Assembly (NCBI GenBank): GCA_048499955.1
Contig: JASNYX010000002.1
Span: forward strand, 68,513 to 132,512
DNA: 64,000 bases
Direction: 5' to 3'
Source of the DNA: Patescibacteria group bacterium
GTDB taxonomy: Bacteria > Patescibacteriota > WWE3 > 2-01-FULL-39-13
Below the pieces are notes generated by a model that made no database searches, had not been told where the DNA came from, and saw nothing but the letters and a program-made list of their open reading frames with translations. The position numbers and the translations under genes were made by a program. Below, one piece after another: positions 11,125 to 21,948 of this stretch; the stretch's first letter is position 1; the number at the start of each line of letters is the position of its first letter.

Positions 11125-12939
11125 CTATTGCAAAGTATTATCAGCCTCATCAGAACGTTCGGTCTCTTCACACAACATTCGCCCCTCCGGATAAAGGTTT
11201 TCATTTCCATATATAAAAGTCACAGGGTAATTCTCAGAATAAATAGTATGCAACAATTTATACCGTTCAGGAAGATCCTGTGCTTTGTAATATTGCCAAC
11301 TGTGGGGACCCTCTACAATAATCATATTATCAGCGTCTGTTTCGACTTCCCAACGATCAAGCTTTTTCTGATCAAATTGCAGGTAGAAATAAGTGATCGA
11401 GTTCTTTTCGTTCGAATTGAATGTTCCAACGAGACAACCTTTTTCGTATAAATTCGCGACCTGCTCCCAGCCTCGATAGTTGTTAAAACCAAAAACTCCT
11501 TCAATCTTTTCATGTCGAACTCGCTTAATCCGATAGATTTCATATCCCAAAAAATCTTTGTCCCACCAAGGATATTCAGGTGATCTGTCCGCAAATACAA
11601 CATAATTAACTCCTGAAACAAATACCAGAACAGATGTAAGTAAACCTAGTAAAGTCCATTTCAAATATTCATATTTAAATTTACTCAAAAGGAAAATAAC
11701 CCCTTGCCCGGCTAGTATGAATAAAGGCATCATCGAAACATACACATGTGTACGAGCATCCCTCATTATATAAAAGTAGAAGCAATACGCACCTAAAAAC
11801 CAGGCCACTAACGCAGCCTTATACCACGGCACGCGTTTATATATTGTTAAAATTCCTACAACAGCTAGAGAAGCAAACAGCACTAATAAGGAAGAGGCTC
11901 TCGGTTTGATGGGATACAAACTAAACCATGAAACAAATAAGATTCCTGCAATTAATGACAAATATAGCGTTCTAAAAATTTGTTTTCCCAACACAAAACG
12001 TTTGATCTTAAAAGTATCAAAGTATTCAACATACGAAGCGATCCCTATTAAACCTAATACAAAAAATAAATAAATGAAAAACTTAGGGATATACATGGTT
12101 AGAAGCTTTAATGATAATGCAGTGCCGGGCATGAATAGGTTCAATATGGAGTTAAATTCTCCTCCAAATAACCTTCCCTGCAAGTACCCGGAGGTTGTTT
12201 CATCAAAAGCCTGATTCGTATAGAACGGAACATAGTAAACCAAAGCCAATCCCATAGCTAGGGTAAAAAACAGAAGTGATCCCTTTGTAAATCTAATAAT
12301 TACCTCTTTAATAGGTTTCTCGTGAAGTTTGATTTCGCGGTGTGCGAAGGCTAAAAATCCAATAATAAAAAAGGGCATCACTGACATAGTGTCGTAGTGA
12401 ATAAGCAGACTTACTGCTGTCAGAACCCCTGAAAGTGTCAGATTACGGTAATTTATTCCTGAATCACTAAATGATTTTATGAAAACCCATACGGCAATAG
12501 GAACAAGAAAATACATTAAAGCCTGATACTGTGTAATTCTGGCAAAAGCAATGAATAATCCGTTAACTGACATTAGTAGCACAGCTATCAATGCAACATT
12601 TCGATCGAATATTTTTCGTGCCAAATTATAGGTAGTGAGAAGTGCCAGGACTCCGAAAATCATGTAAGGCAAACGGATAAAGACTTCCCCATGATATCCG
12701 AAGACCCAGGTATTAAAGATATTCAGCAAATACTGGACCGGACCTCGCTTTTGAGACATAAGGTAATTCCAGACACCGTCTTTCATCATATAAAGAAAAT
12801 CGATTGTATTGACCTCATCTCCCTGAAAATTTGAATATCCCAAACCTTGGAATCTTATGTAAACCGCAAAAATAATAAGTAGAAACGACACTACGGTAAA
12901 CCAAACCGGGAAGCTGTATTTTTTAATAAATTGGAGCAT
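11125..12939 (-). CDS. GT-C fold membrane glycosyltransferase (ArnT/PMT family)
   Basis: 604 aa. The FQGDEVNTIDF first-loop DE motif and the ...LARKIFDRNVALIAVLLMSVNGLFIAFARITQYQ block are typical of ArnT/PMT. The C-terminal region is soluble. Confidence 0.7.
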   Translation of the reverse strand: MLQFIKKYSFPVWFTVVSFLLIIFAVYIRFQGLGYSNFQGDEVNTIDFLYMMKDGVWNYLMSQKRGPVQYLLNIFNTWVFGYHGEVFIRLPYMIFGVLALLTTYNLARKIFDRNVALIAVLLMSVNGLFIAFARITQYQALMYFLVPIAVWVFIKSFSDSGINYRNLTLSGVLTAVSLLIHYDTMSVMPFFIIGFLAFAHREIKLHEKPIKEVIIRFTKGSLLFFTLAMGLALVYYVPFYTNQAFDETTSGYLQGRLFGGEFNSILNLFMPGTALSLKLLTMYIPKFFIYLFFVLGLIGIASYVEYFDTFKIKRFVLGKQIFRTLYLSLIAGILFVSWFSLYPIKPRASSLLVLFASLAVVGILTIYKRVPWYKAALVAWFLGAYCFYFYIMRDARTHVYVSMMPLFILAGQGVIFLLSKFKYEYLKWTLLGLLTSVLVFVSGVNYVVFADRSPEYPWWDKDFLGYEIYRIKRVRHEKIEGVFGFNNYRGWEQVANLYEKGCLVGTFNSNEKNSITYFYLQFDQKKLDRWEVETDADNMIIVEGPHSWQYYKAQDLPERYKLLHTIYSENYPVTFIYGNENLYPEGRMLCEETERSDEADNTLQ

Positions 12940-12942
12940 AGA

Positions 12943-14172
12943 TTATATCTGCAGAACTTCTATATACTTGGAAATCATAGCGTTTTTACTGAATTTTTTA
13001 AAGCCTTTCTCTGTTGCGTTTAAACTTAACTTAGCCAACATTTCCCGATCTACATATAATAGCTTTATCTTATCTGCCAAGTCTGAAGCCGAATACGAAA
13101 CAAATAGGCCGTTAATACCATCTTGAATTAGGTCTTTTAATCCGCCTTTTTCTGTGCAAACAACGGGTAACCCGGAACAAAAGGCTTCAGAAACGGTCAC
13201 AGGATGCCCTTCTTCCCGCCTTGTAGGTAAAACGAACACATGACAGTGTTGATAATATTCAGACAACTTGGAGTTTTCAACCCCGCCCAAAAACGCAACC
13301 TCATTATCCAGTAAACCGTATCGTTGGGCTTGAGGTTTAAACCTTTCAATATCGGAACCGGTTCCAATTAATTTTGCATATACCGGGATACCGCCATTCT
13401 TCAAAATAGAAATCGCATCTATTATCAGATCAATACCCTTCTCAACCTGCATTCTTCCTACATATAATATTGTAAAGAGTGGGTACTTTTCTTTTCCCGG
13501 TTTAAAAACCTCAGTGTCCACACCATTATTGATAACAGCAGTTTTACCAAACAAACTAGGATAGTCTCCTAAAAAACTGTTTTTTAAGTCATCACTAACA
13601 GAGATTATTCCCCTACACTTTTCAAAAAACTGCTTATTTTTGAATACTGATTCCCATTTCAGACGAGGAAAATCTAATAATAAAAACCGAGCGAGGCTTT
13701 TTATTCCGGTTGCGGAACGTAGACGGTTTTTAATTTCGGCATTAATAGTTCCATGAATTATTGAGTAAATGGGTATATCAACGCTCTGGTAAACACCATA
13801 TGCGGCGGTGCTCTGACTAATAATTAAATCCAACTTATCATTTGTATGCAGATCCTTGAGGTTCTTTAAACTTTCCTCAAAATAATTTTTTGATCCCAAC
13901 TTTTCGACTTTTAGCAATCCCAACTTATAAAATAGTTTTTCCCAAGTGTTTAAAGGATATTGACCCGGAGTTGTATTACCAATGAAATAGTACTTAACTC
14001 CGTTGATCAATTCCAAAATATTTTCGTTCTGATCTTGTGATTTAGCAGTAGTTATAACCGTAACGGAATGCCCGGCTTCCACCAAACCTTCGCATAAAGT
14101 TTTCAAATGAGTTTCCATTCCTCCTGAAATAAAATGGTGAGTGGTAGAGCGTGAGAAAACTACAATTTTCAT
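12943..14172 (-). CDS. GT4 (group 1) glycosyltransferase
   Basis: 409 aa with the C-terminal EX7E-type motif (REEGHPVTVSEAFCSGLPVVCTEKGG). Confidence 0.75.
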   Translation of the reverse strand: MKIVVFSRSTTHHFISGGMETHLKTLCEGLVEAGHSVTVITTAKSQDQNENILELINGVKYYFIGNTTPGQYPLNTWEKLFYKLGLLKVEKLGSKNYFEESLKNLKDLHTNDKLDLIISQSTAAYGVYQSVDIPIYSIIHGTINAEIKNRLRSATGIKSLARFLLLDFPRLKWESVFKNKQFFEKCRGIISVSDDLKNSFLGDYPSLFGKTAVINNGVDTEVFKPGKEKYPLFTILYVGRMQVEKGIDLIIDAISILKNGGIPVYAKLIGTGSDIERFKPQAQRYGLLDNEVAFLGGVENSKLSEYYQHCHVFVLPTRREEGHPVTVSEAFCSGLPVVCTEKGGLKDLIQDGINGLFVSYSASDLADKIKLLYVDREMLAKLSLNATEKGFKKFSKNAMISKYIEVLQI

Positions 14173-15302
14173 ATTAGTTGTTTGAAAACATTAATATACT
14201 GAAGAGCAATTTTGTTCCAACCATATTTTTCGACTAAATCTAAACCGTTTACAGACAATCTCATCCGGAGTCCACTGCTGGCATACATCTCTTTTATTTT
14301 TGAAACAAGATCTTCTACATTTTCATTTTCAAAAAACAAACAGGACTTCTGATCATCCAACAAATCAATCAAACCTCCGGTTTTTGAAGCAATTAAAGGA
14401 ACTCCTGCGGCCAGAAATTCGAGCGAAACGATTCCAAACGGCTCATTTCTTGAAGGCATAACACCAAAAACAGCACCTTTCATCATGCCTATTTTCTGAT
14501 CATGTGTGAGTTTTCCTTCAGTAAATAAAACTTTGTCATTAATTTGCAAATGACCAACAAGAGTTTTGAGATATTCTAACTCATCTCCCAAACCTTCAAT
14601 GACCAACTTTAGATCTGGAATATTAGCTTTTGAAAATGCCTTAATCAATATGTCTGCCCCTTTTTTCTTTACTAATCGTCCCACAAAGAAAATATACGAC
14701 TCCTTGAAAATTTTTGATTGTGGAACCGAAGTAATATATTCCAGATCTAAACCATTTGGTATGATAAGCACCTTATTTTTTAGTTCTGCATTATATTTGG
14801 CTACCTCCTCTTTCATATATGAGGAATTTACGAGAATCTTTTGACTAGAAATCAATAGTTTGCTGATAAAAAATTTATACCCGGGCATTCGTGCAAAAAC
14901 CATAATGTCATTACCATGTATGCTGGTTACGATGGGTATATTTCTAAAAACTTTGGAAATAATCCACACATACAAAGAGGCGTCGTCGGGGAAATGAAAA
15001 TTAATAACATCCGGTCGACTCGTCTTTACATATCGATATAGTGCCGCGATACTCAGGGGGAACCTTACGATAAATGCTAAATAGCCGAGCTTACTACGAG
15101 GAACGGACATCCAAATTCTTTTCACCCTATACCCATCACGCATAGTCTCTTCATCTTCAACGTCAAAGAAACGGCTGTTAAGAGAAGTCAGCACATTAGT
15201 CTTAACTTTTTGACCTGTAAAGGCTTTTGCCAGATATTCCACTACATTTTCGACCCCACCAATATGAGGGTGAAATCTTGTCGAAATCATTAATAATTTC
15301 AT
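14169..15302 (-). CDS. GT4 (group 1) glycosyltransferase
   Basis: 377 aa. MKLLMISTRFHPHIGGVE at the N-terminus and NEPFGIVSLEFLAAGVPLIASKTGG at the C-terminus are the canonical GT4 motifs. Confidence 0.75.
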   Translation of the reverse strand: MKLLMISTRFHPHIGGVENVVEYLAKAFTGQKVKTNVLTSLNSRFFDVEDEETMRDGYRVKRIWMSVPRSKLGYLAFIVRFPLSIAALYRYVKTSRPDVINFHFPDDASLYVWIISKVFRNIPIVTSIHGNDIMVFARMPGYKFFISKLLISSQKILVNSSYMKEEVAKYNAELKNKVLIIPNGLDLEYITSVPQSKIFKESYIFFVGRLVKKKGADILIKAFSKANIPDLKLVIEGLGDELEYLKTLVGHLQINDKVLFTEGKLTHDQKIGMMKGAVFGVMPSRNEPFGIVSLEFLAAGVPLIASKTGGLIDLLDDQKSCLFFENENVEDLVSKIKEMYASSGLRMRLSVNGLDLVEKYGWNKIALQYINVFKQLI

Positions 15303-15418
15303 ATTTTCATTTAACTTTCTATTTCCCGGTAATTCCGCGATAACTCATTAGTCAAATATTACACTAAATACAATAAGTGACCATTATTAAGCCTATAGGA
15401 AACATAGAAATGAGGATC

Positions 15419-16369
15419 TTAACTAACGAGCCTTTCATATATACTCTCTAGTTCTCTGACCCTAGTTTTCCAACTAAATAGCTTAGAGGCGATTTCAACA
15501 TCTACGGTTAGATCCCCTTCACATATATTTTTTATGTGTTTGGCAATAATTCTTGGAGCAATGGACTCCATAGTGACCAATCCGTCAAATTTATAGTCAT
15601 CTATCGGGTAAAGAACCACGGTACCGCACATCAAAGCTTCATGAGCTTTAAACACTTCGTCGAATTCCTTCGATGGAGTTACGTAAATGTTTGATTCTCT
15701 GCATTTGTCTCGGAATAATTTCTCGTCGTATTCGGAAATTATTTCCACCTTAGATTCGACTCCAAGATTTGATATTAAATCCTTCATCTGATCATAATAT
15801 GATTGATCAAAAATTCTACCCATGCATGTAAGGAAATACTCTGCAGGTAAATATTTCATTGCTTCAATCACGACATACATCTTTGAACCACTATAGAAAT
15901 CCCCGCAACTCAAAAGTTCTTTTTTAAATGACAGCTGTTTCAGAGCCTGTGGATATAGAGCATCTTCATCAGCACCGTTAATCATAAGCTCGTTTTTGCC
16001 TCGAGCTTTTATATTTCTACGAAAAACTTTTAACAACTCACTGTGTGGAAATAAGAAAATATCCGGAACGTCCTTTAATTTTTTGTTCAAATCATTAAAA
16101 CTTTCCATTGCCGGGATATCAGTAAAATGACAAATGACTTTCGCCTTTTTAAATATTCCTAACAATTTTTCTATACGAAGAATTGATTTAGGCGGGTCAT
16201 ACAAATGTATAATATTAAAGCCTTTAACCCCAGAAGTTATCCTTTTCACAAAATAGGCATTAAAGCTATGTGTAACTCGGTAAGCTATTCCCCTCTTTAA
16301 CCCATTCATAAACCTATAGGGGAATTCCTTTTTATCAAATTTGCTCGGGATGTAATACAAAACTTTCAT
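15419..16369 (-). CDS. Hypothetical protein, possibly a divergent GT-B-fold glycosyltransferase
   Basis: 316 aa. A weak EALMCGTVVL motif resembles the GT4 C-terminal acceptor-binding region. No stronger match recognised. Confidence 0.3.
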   Translation of the reverse strand: MKVLYYIPSKFDKKEFPYRFMNGLKRGIAYRVTHSFNAYFVKRITSGVKGFNIIHLYDPPKSILRIEKLLGIFKKAKVICHFTDIPAMESFNDLNKKLKDVPDIFLFPHSELLKVFRRNIKARGKNELMINGADEDALYPQALKQLSFKKELLSCGDFYSGSKMYVVIEAMKYLPAEYFLTCMGRIFDQSYYDQMKDLISNLGVESKVEIISEYDEKLFRDKCRESNIYVTPSKEFDEVFKAHEALMCGTVVLYPIDDYKFDGLVTMESIAPRIIAKHIKNICEGDLTVDVEIASKLFSWKTRVRELESIYERLVS

Positions 16370-16493
16370 TTTAGGCTCGATGATTAATTATTTATGTCAA
16401 CAAAGGCAAAAGCAGACGACGAAATTATTACAAGTTAACGAAATGGAAAACAATTCACTGACACTTTTCACACTTTCACTATATAATTGTTAC

Positions 16494-18308
16494 ATGGATA
16501 ATACAGAAAAAAGTTCGATCCGTACATGGAATTTAGCAGACTTATTTGAAAAGGATGATGACCCTGCAATAGAAAAATATAAAAGGTCCATCGAAGCAGC
16601 CTATAAAAAATTTATTAACGATTGGAAGAATCGTACCGATTATCTTGAGAATCCTTCAGTACTCAAAACTGCACTTGATGAGTATGAATTGCTGGTAAGA
16701 GAATACGGGGGTGGAGGAAAACTCGGATACTACCTTTCGCTTAGAACTTCACAAGATTCACTAAATACAAATCTAAAAGCCGAAGAAAACAAATTCGATC
16801 AATTTATCCAAGAACTGGATAATGAAATCATGTTTTTCACTCACAATATTGCCAAGATTTCCCCTGAGGAACAACCAAAATTCCTCGAACACGAATCGCT
16901 AAGTCCTTACAAGCATTTTCTTAAACAAGCCTTTGATTCGGCAAAATACTTACTGAGCGAACCCGAGGAAAAAATTCTGAATCTACTAAGCGGTCCTAGT
17001 CACTCGAGTTGGACCAGGATGACTGATACATTTCTGAGTAAGGAAGAGCTTGAAACTTTAAACGAAGATGGGAGTAAATCGCTAAAGAACTTTTCTCAAA
17101 TACTAGGACTTATTAACAATAACAATAAAAGTGTCCGAGACGATGCAGCAAACGCACTAAATGAAATTCTGGAAAAACACGCGGATGCAGGTGAGAACGA
17201 GCTTAACGCTATTATGCAAACTAAAAAGATTTCAGATGAATTAAGAAAAATTAACAGACCTGATCTTGTAAGACATATTAGCGACGACATTGAATCAGAA
17301 ATCGTAGATCAACTTATAAAAGTAACTTCCGACTCTTTTGAAATTTCCAAAGAGTTCTATAAACTGAAGGCACAAATCTTAAATGTACCCAAGCTTGCAT
17401 ATCATGAAAGAAATATCTCAGTATCAACTACTTCGCAAAAATATACATACGATGAAAGTCTAAACCTTGTATTGAAGTCGTTTCGTAATTTGGATGAAGA
17501 ATTTTATACAATCGCCGAAAAATTAAATCATAATGGTTATATTGATGTTTTCCCTAAAAAAGGAAAACGCTCCGGGGCATTTTGTGCATATTTTAATCCC
17601 AATACACCAACATACGTTTTACTAAATCATACGGATGAGTTGAAAGACGTACTAACAATCGCACATGAGTTCGGTCATGCCATCAATAACGAATTGATGA
17701 AGAAGAAGCAAAATGCATTAAATTTTGGTACTCCGTTGGCCACAGCTGAAGTGTCCAGCACTTTTATGGAGGATTTTGTTCTTGAAGAGATTCTTAAAGA
17801 AGCTGATGACGAACTCAGATTTTCGATTCTGATGGACAAACTGAATGATGATGTTTCAACAATATTCAGGCAAGTAGCTTTTTACAAATTCGAATGGGAT
17901 CTGCACCGGGAATTCCGGGAAAAAGGATACCTCTCTAAAGATGAGATTGGCCAATTATTCCAAGATCATATGAAAGCCTATATGGGAGATTATGTAGACC
18001 ATCCGGATACCTCTAAAAACTGGTGGTTATTTGTTAATCACTTTAGATATTTCTTTTATGTATATTCATATGCAAGCGGGCTATTAATTTCCAAATCATT
18101 GCAAGGATCCGTAAAGAAAGATAAGGAATTCATTTCAAAAGTTAAAGATTTTATGTCTGAGGGAGAGTCCAAATCGCCTAAAGACATTTTTATGAACTTA
18201 GGAATCGATATATCACAAGAAGATTTCTGGAAAGTCGGGATTGAAGAAATCAAAACGCTACTCGAAGAAACAAAAACTCTCGCACGAGAATTAGGGAAAA
18301 TTTCTTAA
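16494..18308 (+). CDS. pepF: Oligoendopeptidase F (M3B family metallopeptidase)
   Basis: Has the HEFGHAINN zinc HExxH motif and a PepF-like N-terminus (W-x-L-x-D-L-F). The track ORF starts at 16380, only 10 nt from the divergent gene. The Met at 16494 is the more plausible start. Confidence 0.8.
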   Translation: MDNTEKSSIRTWNLADLFEKDDDPAIEKYKRSIEAAYKKFINDWKNRTDYLENPSVLKTALDEYELLVREYGGGGKLGYYLSLRTSQDSLNTNLKAEENKFDQFIQELDNEIMFFTHNIAKISPEEQPKFLEHESLSPYKHFLKQAFDSAKYLLSEPEEKILNLLSGPSHSSWTRMTDTFLSKEELETLNEDGSKSLKNFSQILGLINNNNKSVRDDAANALNEILEKHADAGENELNAIMQTKKISDELRKINRPDLVRHISDDIESEIVDQLIKVTSDSFEISKEFYKLKAQILNVPKLAYHERNISVSTTSQKYTYDESLNLVLKSFRNLDEEFYTIAEKLNHNGYIDVFPKKGKRSGAFCAYFNPNTPTYVLLNHTDELKDVLTIAHEFGHAINNELMKKKQNALNFGTPLATAEVSSTFMEDFVLEEILKEADDELRFSILMDKLNDDVSTIFRQVAFYKFEWDLHREFREKGYLSKDEIGQLFQDHMKAYMGDYVDHPDTSKNWWLFVNHFRYFFYVYSYASGLLISKSLQGSVKKDKEFISKVKDFMSEGESKSPKDIFMNLGIDISQEDFWKVGIEEIKTLLEETKTLARELGKIS

Positions 18309-18336
18309 TATACCTGCGTACTTCAGTTAGCTTGTG

Positions 18337-19665
18337 TTACTTTCTACCGATAGCATGATACTCACACCCGAGGCCACGCATGATTAAAGGGTCAAGTAAA
18401 TTCCTACCATCAAAGACAACTTTAGATTTCATTGAGCCTAGCAGTTTAGAGTAATCATACTCAGAAAACTCTTTCCATTCGGTAAGGATCACAACACAAT
18501 CAACGCCATCAAAAACTTGATCGCCTGAATTACAATACTCGAGATAAGTGTCTCCTAACTCTATCTTAGAAGTTTCCATCGCAGCAGGATCATATAGCTT
18601 CAGACTCGCCCCAGCCCCTTTTAGAACTCTAATGATCTCGATAGCGGGAGATTTACGAACATCATCGGTTCCGTTCTTAAAAGCTGCACCAAGGACTCCT
18701 ATGTTTAAACCGTTTAGATTTTCGCCATACTTGTTAAAGATTTTCTCTAAAAAATAGTATCGTTGGCGACTGTTGGCATCCATAACACCCCTCAATAGTC
18801 GAAAATCGTAAAGGTTTTCGCTACTTGTTCTATAAAGTGCTTCAACATCTTTTGGAAAGCATGACCCGCCGTAACCTATACTAGCATTGAGAAATTTTGG
18901 CCCGATACGATTATCCATACCCATTCCATGAGCTACGGCTTTAACATCGGCACCGGTTCGCTCACATACTTGAGAAATCTCATTAATAAAGGCGATCTTA
19001 GTTGCCAGAAACGCATTAGATGCGTATTTAATCAGTTCTGCACTTTCGAGGTCAGACTTAATAATCGGAGAGTTAAGGTGAGCATATAAATCCTCGAGTA
19101 CCTTTAAAGCTGTTTCGGAATCAGATCCGATGATAATTCTGTCAGGATTTTGCGCATCGTATATAGACGTACCTTCCCTCAAAAACTCCGGGTTTGAAAC
19201 TATATCAAACAATATTTGTCGGCTTTCTGACTCAGATGATTGTCTTATCCGGTCTCCGACTCGCCTGTTTGTACCAACCGGGACAGTGCTTTTTGTCACA
19301 ACTACTTTGTATGCATTTTCAGGAATAAGCTGCCCTAATTTTGTTGCTACATCAAAAACATACCTAAGATCTGCGGCTCCCGATTGATTACTGGGAGTTC
19401 CCACACAAATAAAGATTATTTCGCCATGTTCAACAGCCATTTTATAATCTGTTGTTGCTCTAAAACGGCCTTCAGCTTTTACTTTAGCAACAAGTTCTTC
19501 TAGACCTTCTTCATATATAGGCATGATGCCTTGATTTAGCTTGTTAATTTTGTCTTCACTTATATCAAGACATGTAACGTCATTTCCCCAGTCAGCAAAA
19601 ACAGCACCGGAAACCAAACCAACATATCCTGCACCGATCACCGTTATTTTATAGTTTTTTTTCAT
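18337..19665 (-). CDS. UDP-glucose 6-dehydrogenase (nucleotide-sugar dehydrogenase family)
   Basis: N-terminal VIGAGYVGLVSG Rossmann motif and the catalytic GGSCFPKD motif. 442 aa. Confidence 0.85.
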   Translation of the reverse strand: MKKNYKITVIGAGYVGLVSGAVFADWGNDVTCLDISEDKINKLNQGIMPIYEEGLEELVAKVKAEGRFRATTDYKMAVEHGEIIFICVGTPSNQSGAADLRYVFDVATKLGQLIPENAYKVVVTKSTVPVGTNRRVGDRIRQSSESESRQILFDIVSNPEFLREGTSIYDAQNPDRIIIGSDSETALKVLEDLYAHLNSPIIKSDLESAELIKYASNAFLATKIAFINEISQVCERTGADVKAVAHGMGMDNRIGPKFLNASIGYGGSCFPKDVEALYRTSSENLYDFRLLRGVMDANSRQRYYFLEKIFNKYGENLNGLNIGVLGAAFKNGTDDVRKSPAIEIIRVLKGAGASLKLYDPAAMETSKIELGDTYLEYCNSGDQVFDGVDCVVILTEWKEFSEYDYSKLLGSMKSKVVFDGRNLLDPLIMRGLGCEYHAIGRK

Positions 19666-20423
19666 GAATATTTTCCCACTAATGAATTGAACTTTACCTG
19701 AAACACATCTCGAGCATTATAGTATGAGTCTTTGAAATTATGGACTTTACTATCCCCATCGTAAACCCAAGTTACAGGAACTTCCTTAATTTTATAACCT
19801 AACTTCTTAGCAAGATAAAGTATTTCCACATCAAAGGCTGATACACGTCCACCCTTTATCTCTTTATCTTGCAGGGAATACAATTTCGTACGTTTGAAAA
19901 TTTCCTGTATAACCGGGGTACGGAACATTTTAAATCCGCACTGAGTATCATTAATGCCCGGCAATACAGCTACTTGAACCAAGGCATTAAAAACTCTACC
20001 CATAATATGTCGAGTATTAGGTTCGTTTATCCTTTTTGCTCCGGTTCCTTCCCTCGAAGCAATCGCCACGTCATAATTTTGATTTTCAAGCCAGTTTAAA
20101 AGCTTAGGTGTTTCATCAATGGAAACAGATAAATCTACATCCGTGAAAAGCACGAATTTGCCGGAGGCCCTATTTATACCTGAAATAACAGTAACGGCTT
20201 TACCCCTGTGTATGTTTTCATGAAGAATCAAATTAGGCCAATCTCTTTGATATTTTTTTACGATATCACGAGTACGATCAGATGACCCATCATCGGAGAT
20301 AATCACTTCGTAAAGATAATCTTGTGATCGCATGAATCTGAAAATTTCTTTTATGCAACCTTCTATTCTTCTTTCCTCGTTATAAGCCGGAACTACAATC
20401 GAGAGATAAATACCTGAGGACAT
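19662..20423 (-). CDS. GT2 polyprenol-phosphate glycosyltransferase (Dpm1/GtrB-like)
   Basis: LSIVVPAYNEERRI...VIISDDGSSDRT GT2 motif. 253 aa. Confidence 0.75.
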   Translation of the reverse strand: MSSGIYLSIVVPAYNEERRIEGCIKEIFRFMRSQDYLYEVIISDDGSSDRTRDIVKKYQRDWPNLILHENIHRGKAVTVISGINRASGKFVLFTDVDLSVSIDETPKLLNWLENQNYDVAIASREGTGAKRINEPNTRHIMGRVFNALVQVAVLPGINDTQCGFKMFRTPVIQEIFKRTKLYSLQDKEIKGGRVSAFDVEILYLAKKLGYKIKEVPVTWVYDGDSKVHNFKDSYYNARDVFQVKFNSLVGKYS

Positions 20424-20477
20424 ATTATCTTTATTCTAGAGCCCATCACAAAACTAAGCAAACCGATTTTTGGGAGT

Positions 20478-21659
20478 TCATTTTACTTTCCAGATGAACC
20501 TCTTGTAAAAGTAGAAGTTCCACACTAAACCTAAAAGAATACCTACTATTTGATATATATAATTTTGGATCAATCCGACGCCAAACAACGAGGCGAGAGC
20601 TTGGCCTACAAACAACTGGATTATAATGGCACCCGTAACAACAAGATGGTTTTTAAGAAAACCACGAATAAGCTTTGTTCCATGGAGTCTACTATCTCCG
20701 AATGCCCATCGATTATTGATTGTAAAGGCAGTAAGTATTCCAACCTCTATTGAAAGTAGTTGGGAAATCAAAAATCTAGGATGAATTTCAAATCCAAACA
20801 GCACTCCATTGAGAGGGAGTCCAAAAATATTCTGATTTTCAATTATTCCATGGAAAATCGCGTATACAAATAGTTGAGAAACAGCTCCACCTCCGCCTGC
20901 AATGGCAACCTTACCCAATCGTGATTTAATAAAATCATTAATTCTCAGCTCAACAATAAATTTGAACGCATTAAAGAAATATTCAGAAGTCATCTTAGAT
21001 TTTCCTGCGATTCTATCCCTAAATTTATAAGGTATTTCAAAAGGTTTAAAACCTGATCTTATTGGCTCGATTCCAAGTGCGATAACAAAAGTATATCCGC
21101 TGTATCTATAACCGATTTTGTCTTTTATATTCTCAAAAACCTCCCTGGTAAAACTTTTAAAGCCTGAGGTGAAATCAGTAAGCCCATAGTTAAAAAACAT
21201 TGTTCTCGCAAATATATTACCTCCGTAGCTTAGTAATTTGCGGTGAAATGCCCACTCATCCGGAATTCCTCCACCTCGTTTATATCTGGAACCCGAAATA
21301 AATTTATAGCCTTCCGCCAGTTTTCTTACCATTTGAGGAATCAGCTTATGATCATGTGATAAATCAGCATCAAAGGTCACCACAGCATCCGCATTAAGTT
21401 TTTCGAACGCGTGTTTCATAGCATCTGTATATGCAGCACCTAGCCCTCTTTTTGTTCCCTCGACAATCAAATGAATATTAGAATATTGGACTTGTAAATC
21501 CCTCACAATATCAGCAGTTCCGTCAGGAGAATTTCCATCCGTGACTAAAATGCTCATATCGTGATCTGATGTTTCCTTGAAAGTTTCTTCTAGAGTTTTT
21601 ATTGTATCAGCAATATTTTCCGCCTCATTATAAGTAGGGACAATAACGACAATTTTCAT
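20478..21659 (-). CDS. GT2 polyprenol-phosphate sugar synthase fused to a C-terminal GtrA-like membrane domain
   Basis: MKIVVIVPTYNEAENI...VTDGNSPDGT GT2 N-terminal domain. The C-terminal ~120 aa carry four TM helices with GtrA-like character. Confidence 0.7.
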   Translation of the reverse strand: MKIVVIVPTYNEAENIADTIKTLEETFKETSDHDMSILVTDGNSPDGTADIVRDLQVQYSNIHLIVEGTKRGLGAAYTDAMKHAFEKLNADAVVTFDADLSHDHKLIPQMVRKLAEGYKFISGSRYKRGGGIPDEWAFHRKLLSYGGNIFARTMFFNYGLTDFTSGFKSFTREVFENIKDKIGYRYSGYTFVIALGIEPIRSGFKPFEIPYKFRDRIAGKSKMTSEYFFNAFKFIVELRINDFIKSRLGKVAIAGGGGAVSQLFVYAIFHGIIENQNIFGLPLNGVLFGFEIHPRFLISQLLSIEVGILTAFTINNRWAFGDSRLHGTKLIRGFLKNHLVVTGAIIIQLFVGQALASLFGVGLIQNYIYQIVGILLGLVWNFYFYKRFIWKVK

Positions 21660-21674
21660 AGGGGAGCCTTATTT

Positions 21675-21941
21675 TCAAAAAAATCTTATGATTCCCAAGC
21701 CTAGTGCGGCAAGCAATATGACCAAAAGGGAAACCAAAGAATACTCAACTAAAACCAAAGTATTTAAGCGGTCTTTCGAGTAGTGATGCCAACACCCCCA
21801 GATAACATAAAGAACCGCATCCACAAAAATTATGAAAAAACGGCTAGCAGTATCCGCAGTATAATTAAATATCATAGAAGAAACAGCTAAGATAGCAAAA
21901 AGTACCAGGAACTGAAAAACTTCCAGAGTGCTTATTTTCAT
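21675..21941 (-). CDS. Small membrane protein (hypothetical)
   Basis: Three predicted TM helices. The start was moved to the internal Met to avoid a 47-nt overlap with the upstream gene. Confidence 0.3.
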   Translation of the reverse strand: MKISTLEVFQFLVLFAILAVSSMIFNYTADTASRFFIIFVDAVLYVIWGCWHHYSKDRLNTLVLVEYSLVSLLVILLAALGLGIIRFF

Positions 21942-21948
21942 AGTGATA

